DNA of 64,000 nucleotides from Octopus vulgaris (Eukaryota): NCBI GenBank assembly GCA_951406725.2, contig OX597820.1, positions 104,656,001 to 104,720,000 of the forward strand, read 5' to 3'. Shown piece by piece: positions 16,728 to 29,293 of this stretch (position 1 is its first letter; each line of letters starts with the position of its first letter). The notes under the pieces were generated by a model. It saw only the letters and a program-made list of their open reading frames with translations, ran no database searches and was not told where the DNA came from. The position numbers and the translations under genes were made by a program.

Positions 16728-16772
16728 ATGTGCTTATTGTTTCGTTCGTCTCTAACAGGTTTGTAAACAAAT

Positions 16773-17804
16773 ATGGCATCAAAAACAAAACGTGACCAGA
16801 TTGTTGCTTTGAAAACAGCTGGAGTGAGCAACAAGAGCATAACAAAACAGTTGAACGTGTGCCGTACAACAGTGTTTAATACCTAAAGACGATATATGGA
16901 GTCTGCTACTACCTCTGGCAAACCAATTCCTGGTAGGAAACTATTAATTCGTACCAAACAATCTGTTGAAGCTATGAAGAAATGAATGAAGCGAAATCCC
17001 TCCAGGAGAGCAAGAAGAACTGCAAAATCTCTTGATATTTCGATATCGTCAAATCACAAGATTTTTAAAGGGGATTTTAAACTAACAGCGGTGGTGCCCC
17101 AACATGGCCGCGGCCTTCGGGCTGAAAAATTTTAAGGATTTAAGGATTTAACTGCATACAAGAAACAATCCCAGCAATGAATTTCAGCAACTTCCAAGAG
17201 GAAATGACTCAACAGGGGTAAAACCATGTTAGTTGAAATGAAGCGCGCCGCTAACAAAGTGTTGATCTAGTGTGAATAGAAGATTTTCACAGTGGAAGCA
17301 ATTACCAACAGGCAGAATGACAGGTTTTATGCACGTACTGTAGGAGACATACCCGAAGGTAGCAGGAGCCATTTATGCCGTCAGAAGCCAGCTTCACTCA
17401 TGGTTCGGGTCGCAGTTGCATGTGATGGGTCCAAGTCTCCTTTGATCTTCGTCGATGCTGGCATCAAGGTTGACTGTGAAGTTTAAGTGAAAATGTTGGA
17501 CGAGAAATTGTTACCCTAGGTCACAATACAGACATGGTACAAAGAGCATTTCAGCAGTTTTAGGGACAAGACGACATGGCCCCCGCCTCAAGTTCAGACA
17601 TCAATCTCATAGACTTTGCTATCTGGTCAAATCTTAGAGAATTATGTTTCTCCTCGCTCTTATCCAAATGTATCAGATTTGAAGAAAGCCCTTCAGTTCT
17701 CACGGGTCAAGTTGGATAGAGAGGTAACACAACGCTCATGCAACTCAGTGAACACCCGTCTGCAAGCTATGATGAAGGCAAAATGTGATCATTTTGAAAT
17801 GTAA
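16773..17804 (+). pseudogene. Tc1/mariner-family transposase pseudogene
   Basis: MASKTKRDQIVALKTAGVSNKSITKQLNVCRTTV (HTH), NRQNDR, RQKPASLMV..AV..DG.KSPLIFV, WPP..S.DINL.DFAIW; several stops and frameshifts. Confidence 0.8.
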
Positions 17805-17935
17805 TTACTGCAATGGATTGAGAATTTCCATTAGAACGTGTGTGCCAAATTTCATTATCCTACGTTAAGTTTATTTTGAATAATTAAGAAATATCAATGA
17901 GTGAATCTTTCTTGAACATCTGATATATATATATC

Positions 17936-18313
17936 GTGGCACTCCGTCGGTTACGACAATGTGGGTTCCAGTTGATCCGATCAACGGAACAGCTTGCTCG
18001 TGAAATTAACGTGCAAGTGGCTGAGCACTCCACAGACACGGATACCCTTAATGTAGTTCTCGGGGAGATTCAGCGTGACACAGAGTGTGACAAGGTTGGC
18101 CCATTGGAATACAGGTACAACAGAAACAGGAAGAAAGAGTGAGAGAAAGTTGTGGTAAAAGAGTACAGCAGGGTTCGGCACCACCCACTGCCGGAGCCTC
18201 GTGGAGCTTTAGGTGTTTTCGCTCAATAAACACTCACAACGCCCGGTCTGGGAAACGAACCCGCGATCCTACGACCGTGAGTCTGCTGCTCTAACCATTG
18301 GGTCATTGCTGCT
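17936..18313 (-). mobile_element. tRNA-derived SINE (same head as 5967)
   Basis: Reverse complement of the head seen at 5967-6130, with a different 3' part. Confidence 0.75.
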
Positions 18314-18329
18314 TCACACACACACACAC

Positions 18330-18490
<161 letters not shown>

Positions 18491-20126
18491 TACATATATA
18501 TAATGTAAGAGAGGAAGAATTAGACAGAATGAGTGAGCGTAATAACAAAATAAACTGAAGAATAAATATTATTTGGCATTATTTTATTTTGCATTAAATA
18601 TATTTTTTAAGCATTTTTTCATATTTTTATATTTTTATCTTTGTGTTTTTTTCATTAAATATTCATCTTTAAATAGATTTTTTCATGTACGTGTGGAGAT
18701 GGAATTACATATAACTTTATTATTACTATCATTATTATTTTATAAATTTTGACATTTAAACATTGAGTTATCATACATATGCAAAACCATAGCATCTTTT
18801 GTAGGTAATGTTTTGCTTTTTTTTAATCGATTAACTGATCCCTGTATATGCTCGGTATGTATTTTATTAACTCCGGGTGGGGGAAGGTGGAATGAGCGAA
18901 GTATGAACGGCAAAGTTCCCTTCAGTGTGGTTTGAACCGAGAATATAAAGGGGAGTAACAGTGAATTTTTTTCTTCATTGCTCCAGCTCTCTACCGTTTC
19001 TGCCACTATATCACATTTACAATATTTCTTTCTACTCGAAGGCTGTGAGCTGGCAGAATAAGGCTGGGTAAAATTCTTAGCGGCATTTCGTCTGTCATTA
19101 CTTTCTGAGTTCAAATTTCACAGAGGTCGACTTTGCCATTCATCCCTTTCGGGATCGATAAAAGAGCACTGGGGTCGATGAAACCGATTTTCCCCACTCT
19201 CGAGAAATTGTTGGTTTCGTACCAAAATTTGAAAGCAATATTTCATGCTATTTTTAGCAGAAAACCTAAACATTTTTTTCTTGGGGAGGGAAGGGAGCAG
19301 ATGAGGTTTTATTACATCGACCCATGTATTTTACTCGTACCTTTTGCTATCGAACTCGAAAAGGTCAAAGGTCGACAGACAAAGTTGACCTCGAAGGGAT
19401 TTGAATTCGAAATGGAGAGTTGGGACAAATACCGCAAAGCATTTTCTCCAACGCTCTAACGATTCTGCCAGCCCACTGCCCTGATGATGATCCTGATCCT
19501 GATGATTACGATGATGATGAAGATGATGATGATGATGACAACGACGACGATGATAATAATAATAATAATAATAATGATAATAATAATAATGATAATAATA
19601 ATAATAATAACAACACCAACAACAACGATGATAATAGCAACAACAATAACAACACAACGTAATTCGCTGCTAGTTGAAATAAAACTTGGAGATCACAGAA
19701 CTGAGAGGGGAGGGGTTCTGTAATTTACAAGTAAATCTTACATACATCGTATATTTCATATCTGTGTATCATATATGTGTGTGTGTGTGTGTGTGTGTCA
19801 TATATATATATATATATATATATATTCATCATGTTGGACCGCTGAAATCTCTATTTTCTCTTATTCCTTTCTGTTGAAGAGCTATGGCTCGAAACGTAAA
19901 ACGCTTTTCCATTTTCCCCAGCGTCAAACTAATGCACTTGTTTGTTATTCATACACCTGTCTTCGTGCTTTGTTTTTCTATAAATTTTAACTATCATTTT
20001 CTATAAATTTCAACTTTATATATATATATATATATATATTATGTATGTATGTATGTATATGCATATGTACGTGTGTGTATGTAAGCATGTATATATATGT
20101 ATATATGCATGTATACACTTACATAC

Positions 20127-20177
<51 letters not shown>

Positions 20178-20804
20178 CATAAGATAGATTTAACTTTATT
20201 AACGAAGGGAAATATCTCGTAAAAGTGTCCATCTAACTTTTACTCCGCAAATTGCCAAAAAGTAAATGGCGCGAAATAGCTGGTAGAGGATAACATCAGT
20301 AGTAATAATAGCGATTGGAGGGTTGGCATAAAAATTAGAACAATGGACTAAATGATCATACGACATTTTAATTTTGCCCTTCTACAATCAAGGTTCAAAT
20401 TACTAACAGAACTGACATTTTTTTTTCATTGATAACAGGGTTTATAAAAAAAACTTTCATGAAATTTTATTGAAATCAATTGACTTGACTGTGTTCCTTT
20501 GCTACAAGACCTTAGATTTGTATTTTGTCAAATGAAATCAACGACAACGATAGCGATTACAACAACGACATCAACAACAACAACAACAACAACAACATCA
20601 ACAACAATAATAATAATAATTTTGGCACAAGGCCAGCAAGTCAATTCCATTGACCTCAGTGCTCAACTGATAGTTATTTTATCGATTTCGAAGGATGAAA
20701 GGCAAAGTCGATTTCGGCAGAATTTGAACTCTGAACGTAAAGACGGACGAAATGCCGTGAAGCATTTTGCCCGCCATGCTAAAGATTCTGCCAACTCGCC
20801 GCCT

Positions 20805-20857
<53 letters not shown>

Positions 20858-21069
20858 ATAATAATAATTTGGAGAGATGAGTATCTTTAAAATGTATTGA
20901 TCCCAGTCTTTTACTAGTGCTTCTGGGAAGGATGGAAAACAAAGTTGACTTTAGCAGGATGTGAACTCAGAACGTAAAGAGAAGTAAATACAACGAGTTA
21001 TTTTAATCTTTGCTTTAACAATTCTGCAAATCCGCCAACAGAAAAAAACAAGGAGATCGTTCAGAAATG

Positions 21070-21339
21070 TTAGTGCGGGTTAAGATTAGTGTCTCTGTCC
21101 TTATCGATACCCGAGGCGATGAGACATTTGTCGTAGTATTCCTGGTCGCAAAAGCAACAGTACTCTATTGCAGTGTTCTTGTATAAGGAACCACATTCAC
21201 CACAAACCCAGGATTTCTGCAATAAGAGTTCATCATTTATTTTACACGCTTTACATGGAGTATGGGCCGCCAACGACAGTTTGATTGGGTGAATAACAAC
21301 TAGCAAAAGTGCTAGTGTGATGGCTGTAGTAATTCTCAT
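21070..21339 (-). CDS. Small secreted cysteine-rich peptide precursor (89 aa, 8 Cys), possibly neurohormone-like
   Basis: AAAATG start; hydrophobic signal-like N-terminus MRITTAITLALLLVVIHPIKLSLA; mature region C-x2-C-x13-C-x2-C-x11-CC-x-C-x7-C; non-repetitive and uninterrupted; polypyrimidine acceptor ...TCTTTTAATAG at 21516 upstream. Confidence 0.75.
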   Translation of the reverse strand: MRITTAITLALLLVVIHPIKLSLAAHTPCKACKINDELLLQKSWVCGECGSLYKNTAIEYCCFCDQEYYDKCLIASGIDKDRDTNLNPH

Positions 21340-21719
21340 TTTATGTATATTGTACATAAACAAACAGTTAAATTGATTCAATGATTTATTTTTTCAATTA
21401 ATCCGTTCGGTGTAGTTTCAATATCGGGATGTATCGACTGGTTTGATGTGTGGTAACGTACCAGATTAATATCCTCCTGTCTTTCGTTTTCGTTTTTCTA
21501 ACAATTTTTTGAAACCTATTAAAAGATAAAAATAAAAAGATAAAAACGTCATCATTACCGTCATTATCATCATCATCATCATCATCATCATCATTATCGT
21601 TTTTATCATTCTTCTCATTATCTTTATTGCTCATATCAACGTCATCAGTTTCATCACCATATATTTAGATTAATATCATCTTTCTGATTTTCTTTACATC
21701 ATAATCATCATCATTTTCA

Positions 21720-21752
<33 letters not shown>

Positions 21753-22287
21753 TGCCACCATCATTATAGTTATTGTTACCATCAATATTTTCATCACCAT
21801 TATCGTTTCTATCATTTCACTTTCATCATTATCGTTCCTATCATCATCATCATCATCATCATCATGAACAAAAAGTAAAATAATGCAACATTTTTTTTCT
21901 TCTAAAAAACAATGCAGTACATTGCTATCACTTCGGAACACACTGTTTTCAGATATGCTACAAGACCTGTATGCCTTCAAACCATTAGGTGAAATTGATA
22001 AAAAAATTTCATGGAACTTCCTTTATTTTCATCAAGCCAAAAACTTAAAGCAAGAAAAGTAAATGTCACAGTAGTATTATTTAGTTTCAAAGCATTTTAC
22101 AAATATTCTATATGTTACAATTTAGAGTCATTAAAACAATGTACACTAAGAGAAGCGTACTGTAATTGCCTACAATGTTGAACTCATTAATCCGAATTAA
22201 GAAATAACTATTCTTTTCAGTCTTTTCCTCTAGTTGTTCTTCAACATGCAACCACTTCAAAATCTGATCTTTGAATTGAATTGGTGC

Positions 22288-22330
<43 letters not shown>

Positions 22331-22648
22331 GCCGGAGGACCGCCTTTAGTCGAAGAAATCGACCCCAGGACCTTTATTCTTTGTAAGCCTAGTACTTATT
22401 CTATCGGTCTCTTTTGCCGAACCGCTAAGTTACAGGGACTTAAACACACCAGCATCGGTTGTCAAGCGATGTTGGGTGACACACTCCCGCTGATCTAGTA
22501 AAAAGAGAGAAAATTTATATTAAATCTCTGAGCAAGAGATAAACAGTAACAGTACGGAATCGTAAGATATTCTGTCCAACTAAATGTATACATACATACA
22601 TGCATGCATACATACATACATACATACATACATACATACATACATACA

Positions 22649-22681
<33 letters not shown>

Positions 22682-22744
22682 GCATACATACATACATACA
22701 TACATACATACATACATACATACATACATACATACATACATACA

Positions 22745-23297
22745 TGGTGGCTGCCCCCTCGTTATCGAGTATGGCCATTGCACGAAGCTTAATCAATGTT
22801 GTTATCGTGCAATGCTGTGCAAGAAGATTTTTTTAAAAGTGAGTAAAGGCTGTGCACTGAGTCAATCCCACTCACTAAGCAACAGCGGACATAATCTGAA
22901 AAGAAGAACAAGTCAACATCATTGGTAACCACTGAGCCGCAGGTCTTATGTCGGAGTCATCCCAGTTACCTGAGTTACCTTCTCCTAGAAGGATGCCCTA
23001 ACAAAGGCTAGGAGTCCTTCACTCCCAATGGTTTAATCGCGCGATCGGGTATTCAGTCCGATTATTTCTATGTCCTCGCGCATGATCCAGCCTTAAGACA
23101 TTTATTGAATGGCCGTTGACTCTCAAGAGTTCCTCCGCCCTTTGACGGGTTTTGTTTTTCATCCCGCAGGGTGTCCAATAAACACCCTCCTCACCAAGCA
23201 AGCTTGGTGGGGTTGCCGGTTTAGTCGCCAACGACCCGACCATGCAACAGGTTGTACTGGGTTACATGTTACCAGTAGCTCTCGAAAGTGACCTGAC
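22745..23297. mobile_element. Non-LTR (RTE-like) element fragment between (CATA)n tracts
   Basis: GC-richer insert; 23160-23297 resembles 41120-41275 (aggttgtactgg.ttaca.gttaccag...agtgacctg). Confidence 0.4.
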
Positions 23298-24065
23298 ATA
23301 CATAAATACATACATACATACATACATACATACATACATACATACATACATACATACATACATACTAAAATTATGCTTTTGAATTTATGACTCAAGAAAA
23401 ATAGTAAAAACAATTCTAGAAATTGGCCAGTTTTTTTTCTAATCAGTATTAATATTGACTTATGGATTCTGTAGCAACTCTGTCGTAACTAGGTTTATAA
23501 TTACTAATGACCAAAGGTAAATAGTAATCGAAATAATTGCTAATCAGTCGTGCTCGATATCTCCAACTGATATAATTCACGTGAGTACGATATATTTTTC
23601 CAAATCATTATAAATACGAGAATAATAATGTCAATTCTAGAACAAAATATGACAGATGTTTCCTCGTTAATTGATATTGAAATGTAGTTCCTCGTACATC
23701 GCTATGCGAGCGATTAAATTTTGTTATGCAAGAAATACTTAGATGTTCATTTGATACAGCGTTTATCCAAGGGGAAACAATTTCCCGTACGTTCTATTTA
23801 TGTCCCTTTAACTTTTTAAAAAGAAGTTCGCCGCGGACACGTATTCATTTATTCTGGAGTCGAGAAAATGAGTTCCCGTCATGTTATGGTATTGATTATA
23901 ATTGCATTATACATTAACTTCTAAAATTTCTAGTAGTTCTCGTAAGCAGGAATGTATGTAGGATTGTCTTTGTGCGAACACCCGCGCCCTGTGGGTGTGT
24001 TTGTGTGCGTGTATACATCTGTAGGTATATAATGGTTCTAGTTTCAACATACGAACATACCCACG

Positions 24066-24109
<44 letters not shown>

Positions 24110-24273
24110 AAATTAGAGAATGGAGAAACACCCATATAATACAATAGATGAACTGATTGTTTGACAATTTTTAACATCTATGTATTAATTTTGTTGGGTA
24201 CCTATCTAGCAGTATATTGGATATATATTATCCCATGGTGGGTTGAATTTTCAACCCCTATCTCATTTTATAA

Positions 24274-24333
<60 letters not shown>

Positions 24334-25448
24334 CATACATACATACATACATACATACATACATACACACCCACCCACATACACACACATATATATATAA
24401 ATGTATGTATGTATATAATGAATACTGTGTAATTTATAGTATTATTTAGTATTGGCCTAGTGAGGATAAAGTACTTTAAATAAATTCTTTTGGTATTTAG
24501 CCATGACTAATCGCATATTGTTTTTGTTTTATAATACTAGTGAGAATAAAGAATTTTTCTGAATAAATTGTCTGAATAACATGTATTTTTCCTAATAGTA
24601 TAGAAGATTAAAAGGAGTTATTTCCTATTTCACCATAAATCCTTAGCATATTATTTGTTTTTTAAAAACTAATGCGCAAAAATATATTTAGATTAATATT
24701 CTTAAAAATACACAAACGTATTTTATGTCTGGTATATTAATTTTTATTTATTTATTTTTATTTTTTTGTTTTTATTATATATTTTTATCATATATATATA
24801 TTTTTTAACTATTGACGCTCACGCTTACAAACATAAACATGTTCTAGGATCTAAAACTCCTCATACGTAATTTTTGTCAAATATTTCCCCGAAGAGATTC
24901 TTACCCAAATACATTGATATTTTATAAATTTATTATTGGATCTGAGTCGAAACAATTGTAGGATTATAATATTTATATTTATATTACATTATATTATAAT
25001 AAAAATATAATATGATGTTTATAAATTAAAATATGCCAATCGTAAATCTCCATCTTCTTTTCATTTTATATATAGATATACAGATATAGATGCGTATGAA
25101 TGTATGTATGTATGTATGTATGTATGTATGTATGTATGTATGTATGTATGTATGTATGTATGTATGTATGTATGTATAGGTGGAGGTGTGCTTCAGTTCG
25201 ATCAACTGGCAAAGATGAGTAATCTTGCAACGGACCGGTATTGGAGAATATATGCACCATGGAACCAGGAAACCGGCTTTATGAGTCTACATGACTCAGG
25301 AAGGAACTTTACTCTTTATCTGTGTGGTTAGAACATTGCTTTCCTACCGCGTGGTCTTGGGTCACTGGGTGGTACTTTGGGCAAGTGCCTCGGGCCAACC
25401 AAAGCCTTGAGTGGATTTGGTAGACAGAAACTGAAAGAAGCCTGTCGC

Positions 25449-25501
<53 letters not shown>

Positions 25502-25532
25502 TATTTCAGAATGGTCATTTTGCCAGTTTAGC

Positions 25533-25606
<74 letters not shown>

Positions 25607-25991
25607 TATATCTATATGTGTGTGTCTTTGTGTCTTTGTCTCCCACACCATCACCGCTTGGTAGCCGGTGTTGATGTGTTAACCTCAACTTAGCGGTTTG
25701 GCATAAGAGACCGATAGAAAAATTACTAGACTTTAAAAACTCAAGGGGTTGACTTGTTTGACTAAGATCCTTCAAGGCGGTGCTCCAGCATGGCTGCAGT
25801 CAAATGATTGAAACAAGTAAAAGAAAAGAATAAAAGAATATGTGCGTGTGTGCGTGTGCGTGTGTGTGTGGAGAGTTCACTCAATGCATATGTATATAAA
25901 GATACATATAAGCACATATATATTTATATTCGCATACAGACAAATATACATACATAATACATACATACATACATATATATTATATATTACA

Positions 25992-26051
<60 letters not shown>

Positions 26052-26054
<3 letters not shown>

Positions 26055-26465
26055 GGTGCGGTGAATAAACTGTCGTCTAAATTACGCAAAAATAGAAATA
26101 GCACTGATATCTCATTTTAACAGATATATTTACTAAAATTACATAAGAATATTTTGAAATACTAAAGAGTAAATTTATTCAACACCATGATGTTGGCTGG
26201 ATGATTGATTTTTATTACTCTCGGTACATGTCCTCAGATTGAAGCCCAAACACTCTGAAATGTTCGTATTGGAGCTTCCGGTGCAAACGCCAAGCAATAC
26301 AGTATATAGTTTCCAAATTTCTAGCGGATTGAAATGCATCATAGAGCTGTTTTTCTCACAGACGATGCCCAACTGACCCTACTATACTGACAAAAGCAAA
26401 AACAAACATTGCGCATGTGCGAAATTAGAAATATAAAATGGCAATAATTTACCCATCGCACCGTG
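26052..26465. mobile_element. Tc1/mariner-type MITE or deletion derivative
   Basis: TA-flanked imperfect TIRs CAGGGTGCGGTGAATAAA / TTTACCCATCGCACCGTG. Confidence 0.65.
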
Positions 26466-26544
26466 TATATGAATATACACACATACATACATACATACAT
26501 GAAGAGAGATCAAGGAGAGATAAAGTGCGTTGCTGTGCTTAAGG

Positions 26545-26746
26545 ACTCTTTACTCTTTTACTTGTTTCAGTCATTTGACTGCGGCCATGCTGGAGCACCG
26601 CCTTTAGTCGAGCAAATCGACCCCGAGACTTATTCTTTGTAAGTCTATTCTATCGGTCTCTTTTGCCGAACCGCTAAGTGACGGGGACGTAAACACACCA
26701 GCATTGGTTGTCAAGCAATGCTAGGGGGACAAACACAAACACACAA

Positions 26747-26822
<76 letters not shown>

Positions 26823-26984
26823 GACAGGCTTCTTTCAGTTTCCGTCTACCAAATCCACTCACAAGGCATTGGTCGGCCCGGGCCTATAGCAGAAGACACT
26901 TGCCCAAGGTGCCACGCAGTGGGACTGAACCCGGAATCATGTGGTGGGTTAGCAAGCTACTTACCACACAGCCACTCCTGCGCC
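26545..26984 (-). mobile_element. Abundant tRNA-derived SINE, full-length copy
   Basis: Reverse complement of the 32709-33124 family (head GGCGCAGGAGTGGCTGTGTGGTAAG, internal microsatellite, tail CCAGCATGGCCGCAGTCAAATGACTGAAAC). Confidence 0.85.
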
Positions 26985-27028
26985 TACTGATAACAATATG
27001 TCAAAAAAGTAAAAATGATCTTACTTAC

Positions 27029-27094
27029 CAAGCGTCAGTGAAAGAAGAACATGATGCAATGAGCTAACATCCTAAATTTTTCCTCCTTTATATA
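27029..27094 (-). promoter_or_regulatory. Candidate core promoter and 32-nt non-coding first exon
   Basis: TATATAAAG at 27094-27086; Inr-like TCATTG with A at 27060 (32 nt from the TATAAA T); exon 27060-27029 ends in a GTAAGT donor. Confidence 0.55.
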
Positions 27095-27463
27095 GGAATA
27101 CTAAAACAAACTAGTTTGGTACAATAAAGTGGTAGCGGTAGTAATGTTATTGTAAGCGATGGTGGGAACGTCGGGTTTTTTTTCTTGTGTAATCAGTGAT
27201 AAGACTAAAATTAGTAATACGTATGTGTGAGTGTGTAATTGTGTGTGTGTGTGAGCGCGTGTGTGCGTGTGTTATATATATATATATATATATATATATA
27301 GGTGCAGGCGTGGGTGTGTCGTAATGAGTCTGTTTCCTAGCCACATGTTTCCGGTTTTAGTGGGATCGCGAGAACTTGGTCAAGTGTTTTGTAATATATC
27401 CTCGGCCTGTCCAAAATCTTGTGAGTGGATTTGATAGACGGAAATTGAAAGAGGCCCGTCGTA

Positions 27464-27523
<60 letters not shown>

Positions 27524-27524
27524 A

Positions 27525-27857
27525 ATTACATGGAACAATACGAGCAAGAGAAATAATATTCTGAAGATTATAAATTTAGAAAAGTACAAGACAAATTATT
27601 ACATCGGTAAATATTACAGTACAAATTATTACATATTTAGATTTAGAAAATATTAGCTTTTATTAAAACTAAAAGTTTTATTACAAGTTATTACTTCTAT
27701 TTCTTATAACTTATTTCTATTAAAAATAAAAGATAACTCAATTAAAATATTTTATCCTTAGCTGCAATATTTTAGTAAAAGTTTTCTTGTCCTGTACTTT
27801 TCCAGATTTATAATCCAAAGAAAATTATTTCTCTTGCTCGCATTTTTCCATGTAATC
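27525..27857. repeat. Inverted repeat with ~70-bp imperfect arms (MITE-like)
   Basis: attacatggaacaatacgagcaagagaaataat... versus ...attatttctcttgctcgcatttttccatgtaat. Confidence 0.7.
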
Positions 27858-29202
27858 CATGTTTTTTTTACAGGCTATGCTATTGTGATAATTGATAATG
27901 TGTCAAATGTGTCAATTAGCGGTGTCGTCGATAATTTTTTCTTTACCTTTATAATGCCGGTGACATATATCAAAACTATATTCATAAAAAAGTATAGAGC
28001 TATGTTATCACCCTCAAATTTAAGAAACAAACACTCATAACTTTTTTCTTTTAAAACTTCATTGTATGAGATTCATACCATGAAATTCCTCGAATTGAAC
28101 TCAAATTAAATTAAAATCATTTAAGCTTAATCAAAATATAGTTTGTTTTTAAAATAAAAACAGTTAATTTTACTTAGATCCAATTTTTTGTTTTATAATT
28201 TTTTCATGATATCTTACCTCACAACTTTTGGGATACAAATTTTTTGTTGCATGGGATCAAAACTATGAAATACTTCACGCTTTCTCCTAGCATTGAAACT
28301 AAGATAAATATATTTTGCTTTTAAAATGAAAAATAAAAGGTATTTAGATCTAAACTTGATTGGTGGCGTTACTTACTCTCCTATAACCTCGCTACAAATT
28401 TTGATGCAAACTTTTCTCTACTGGACTAAAAGCAAAATGTAGCTAGGGACACGCGCTCTTCAAAAATGTTAATGGTTTTCCATTTGGTTAAGAACTGAAT
28501 TAGCGACAAGCTCTGAAAGATGCTGCATGTGAGTAAATTGCGGCCTTAAGAATATTATTTAACTACTACGGTAGTTGAATGGTATATCTATGTGTGTGTG
28601 TCTTTGTGTCTGTTTGACCCCCACCCCTCCATCACAACTGCTTGACAATCGGTATTGGTGTGTTTACGTCCCCATAACTTAGCGGTTCAGCAAAAAGGAT
28701 TGATAGAGTAAGTGTTAAGCTTAAAAAATAAATCCTTCAAAGCGGTGCTCCAGTATGACCGCAGTCAAATGACTGAAACATGTAAAGGAATAAGAGAACA
28801 TGCTTAATACATACATACACACACACATATACACATACATATACATACATACAGACACACACACATACATACATACATACACACACTCATACATACACAT
28901 ACACACGTACATACATACATACTTACATACATACATACATACAAACATACATAATGCATATATAATATATACATACATACACGAACATACATATACACAT
29001 AATGCATACATACATAATACATACATATACACATACATACATACATACATACATACATACATACATACATACATACATACATACATACATACATACATAC
29101 ATAATGATAGTCTCTCGTGACCGAGGAAGTTAGTTCTACAATTTCTTAAATGTTTTTACCTGATTTTACCGTTTTTTTTATATACTTATTTGCTGTCATA
29201 GG

Positions 29203-29292
<90 letters not shown>

Positions 29293-29293
<1 letters not shown>

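Larger units (their letters stand above)
12366..17922 (+). mobile_element. Degenerate Tc1/mariner DNA transposon, interrupted by the LTR element
   Basis: Imperfect TIRs (agggtgtcccagaaagatt / aatctttcttgaacatctg) in TA context; transposase remnant from 16773. Confidence 0.75.
21516..27028 (-). other. Predicted 5'-UTR intron (~5.5 kb) of the peptide gene
   Basis: Donor TTG|GTAAGT at 27029/27028 and acceptor TTTTAATAG|G at 21516/21515; the pairing is inferred. Confidence 0.5.

Noticed and set aside
21120-21260. Insulin-like or trissin assignment for the Cys-rich peptide
   Set aside because: The insulin A-chain needs CC-x3-C-x8-C and a dibasic-flanked C-peptide; here it is CC-x-C-x7-C with no such sites. 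Trissin spacing does not fit either.
21340-21381. N-terminal extension of the 103-aa ORF in the track
   Set aside because: It starts at a non-ATG codon. The ATG at 21339 has AAA context and begins the signal peptide; the in-frame ATG six codons upstream cannot be fully excluded.
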